Source: the human T2T-CHM13v2.0 reference genome, Homo sapiens. From it: a DNA stretch of 64,000 bases. This document shows, in pieces, positions 63,703 through 64,000 of the stretch. The notes under the pieces were generated by a model. It did not search any database. It saw only the letters and a program-made list of their open reading frames with translations, and had not been told where the DNA came from. Within the stretch, counting starts at the first letter, position 1; every line of letters begins with the position of its first letter. The position numbers and the translations under genes are program-made. The DNA is taken from NCBI RefSeq assembly GCF_009914755.1, contig NC_060941.1. One strand, given 5' to 3'.

Positions 63703-64000
63703 TAGAAGTGGCTCTAAAAGTGGGTGGGAAAGGGACGGAAGTCAGGTAGGGGCTGCCTGAGAGGGGTTCAAAGACGGGGAGTGGAAGGATGGGATTCAAG
63801 GAGGGAGGGCGTGTAGAGAGCCCAGACAAGGGCCAGGTGTATCACAGGGGCTCAGTAAATACATGTTTGCTTCCCTCCATTCCTCTTAGTACTGGGAGCT
63901 GGAAAGAGAGAAGGTTGGGGCCAGGGTGGGACCCTGGAATTCAGATTTTGAGTGGGGCAGTTTTGGGGGGTGAAAGGGTAAGGGTCAATGGAGATGAGGC

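Overview
Alu-saturated primate (human-like) genomic DNA, not microbial. The only protein-coding gene I can support is the 5' part of SPNS3 (Spinster-family MFS transporter; human chr17p13.2 from recall) on the + strand. Coding exons 1-7 (45227-60662, 923 nt, about 307 codons) splice into one continuous frame with GT-AG introns, and the gene continues beyond the window. The first ~45 kb is intergenic: roughly 100+ Alu pieces (about half the bases by eye), fragmented L1M/L2/MIR, MaLR/ERV LTRs, hAT DNA transposons and microsatellites. Almost every ORF in the supplied track is an Alu or simple-repeat artefact. I find no convincing new multi-gene system. The best leads are: (i) SPNS3 has lost the charged TM1 (D-R to N-W) and TM4 (E to S) residues of other Spinsters; (ii) a BC200-RNA retrocopy nested in a hAT transposon in intron 2; (iii) in-frame tandem 3' splice sites at exons 5 and 7; (iv) a near-consensus CTCF site ~20.6 kb upstream; (v) a GATA/MYB/ETS cluster in a TATA-less promoter; (vi) a palindromic AT-rich minisatellite grown from an Alu tail, and several unusual Alu architectures. 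Repeat subfamily names come from recalled consensus sequences and need RepeatMasker/Dfam confirmation.
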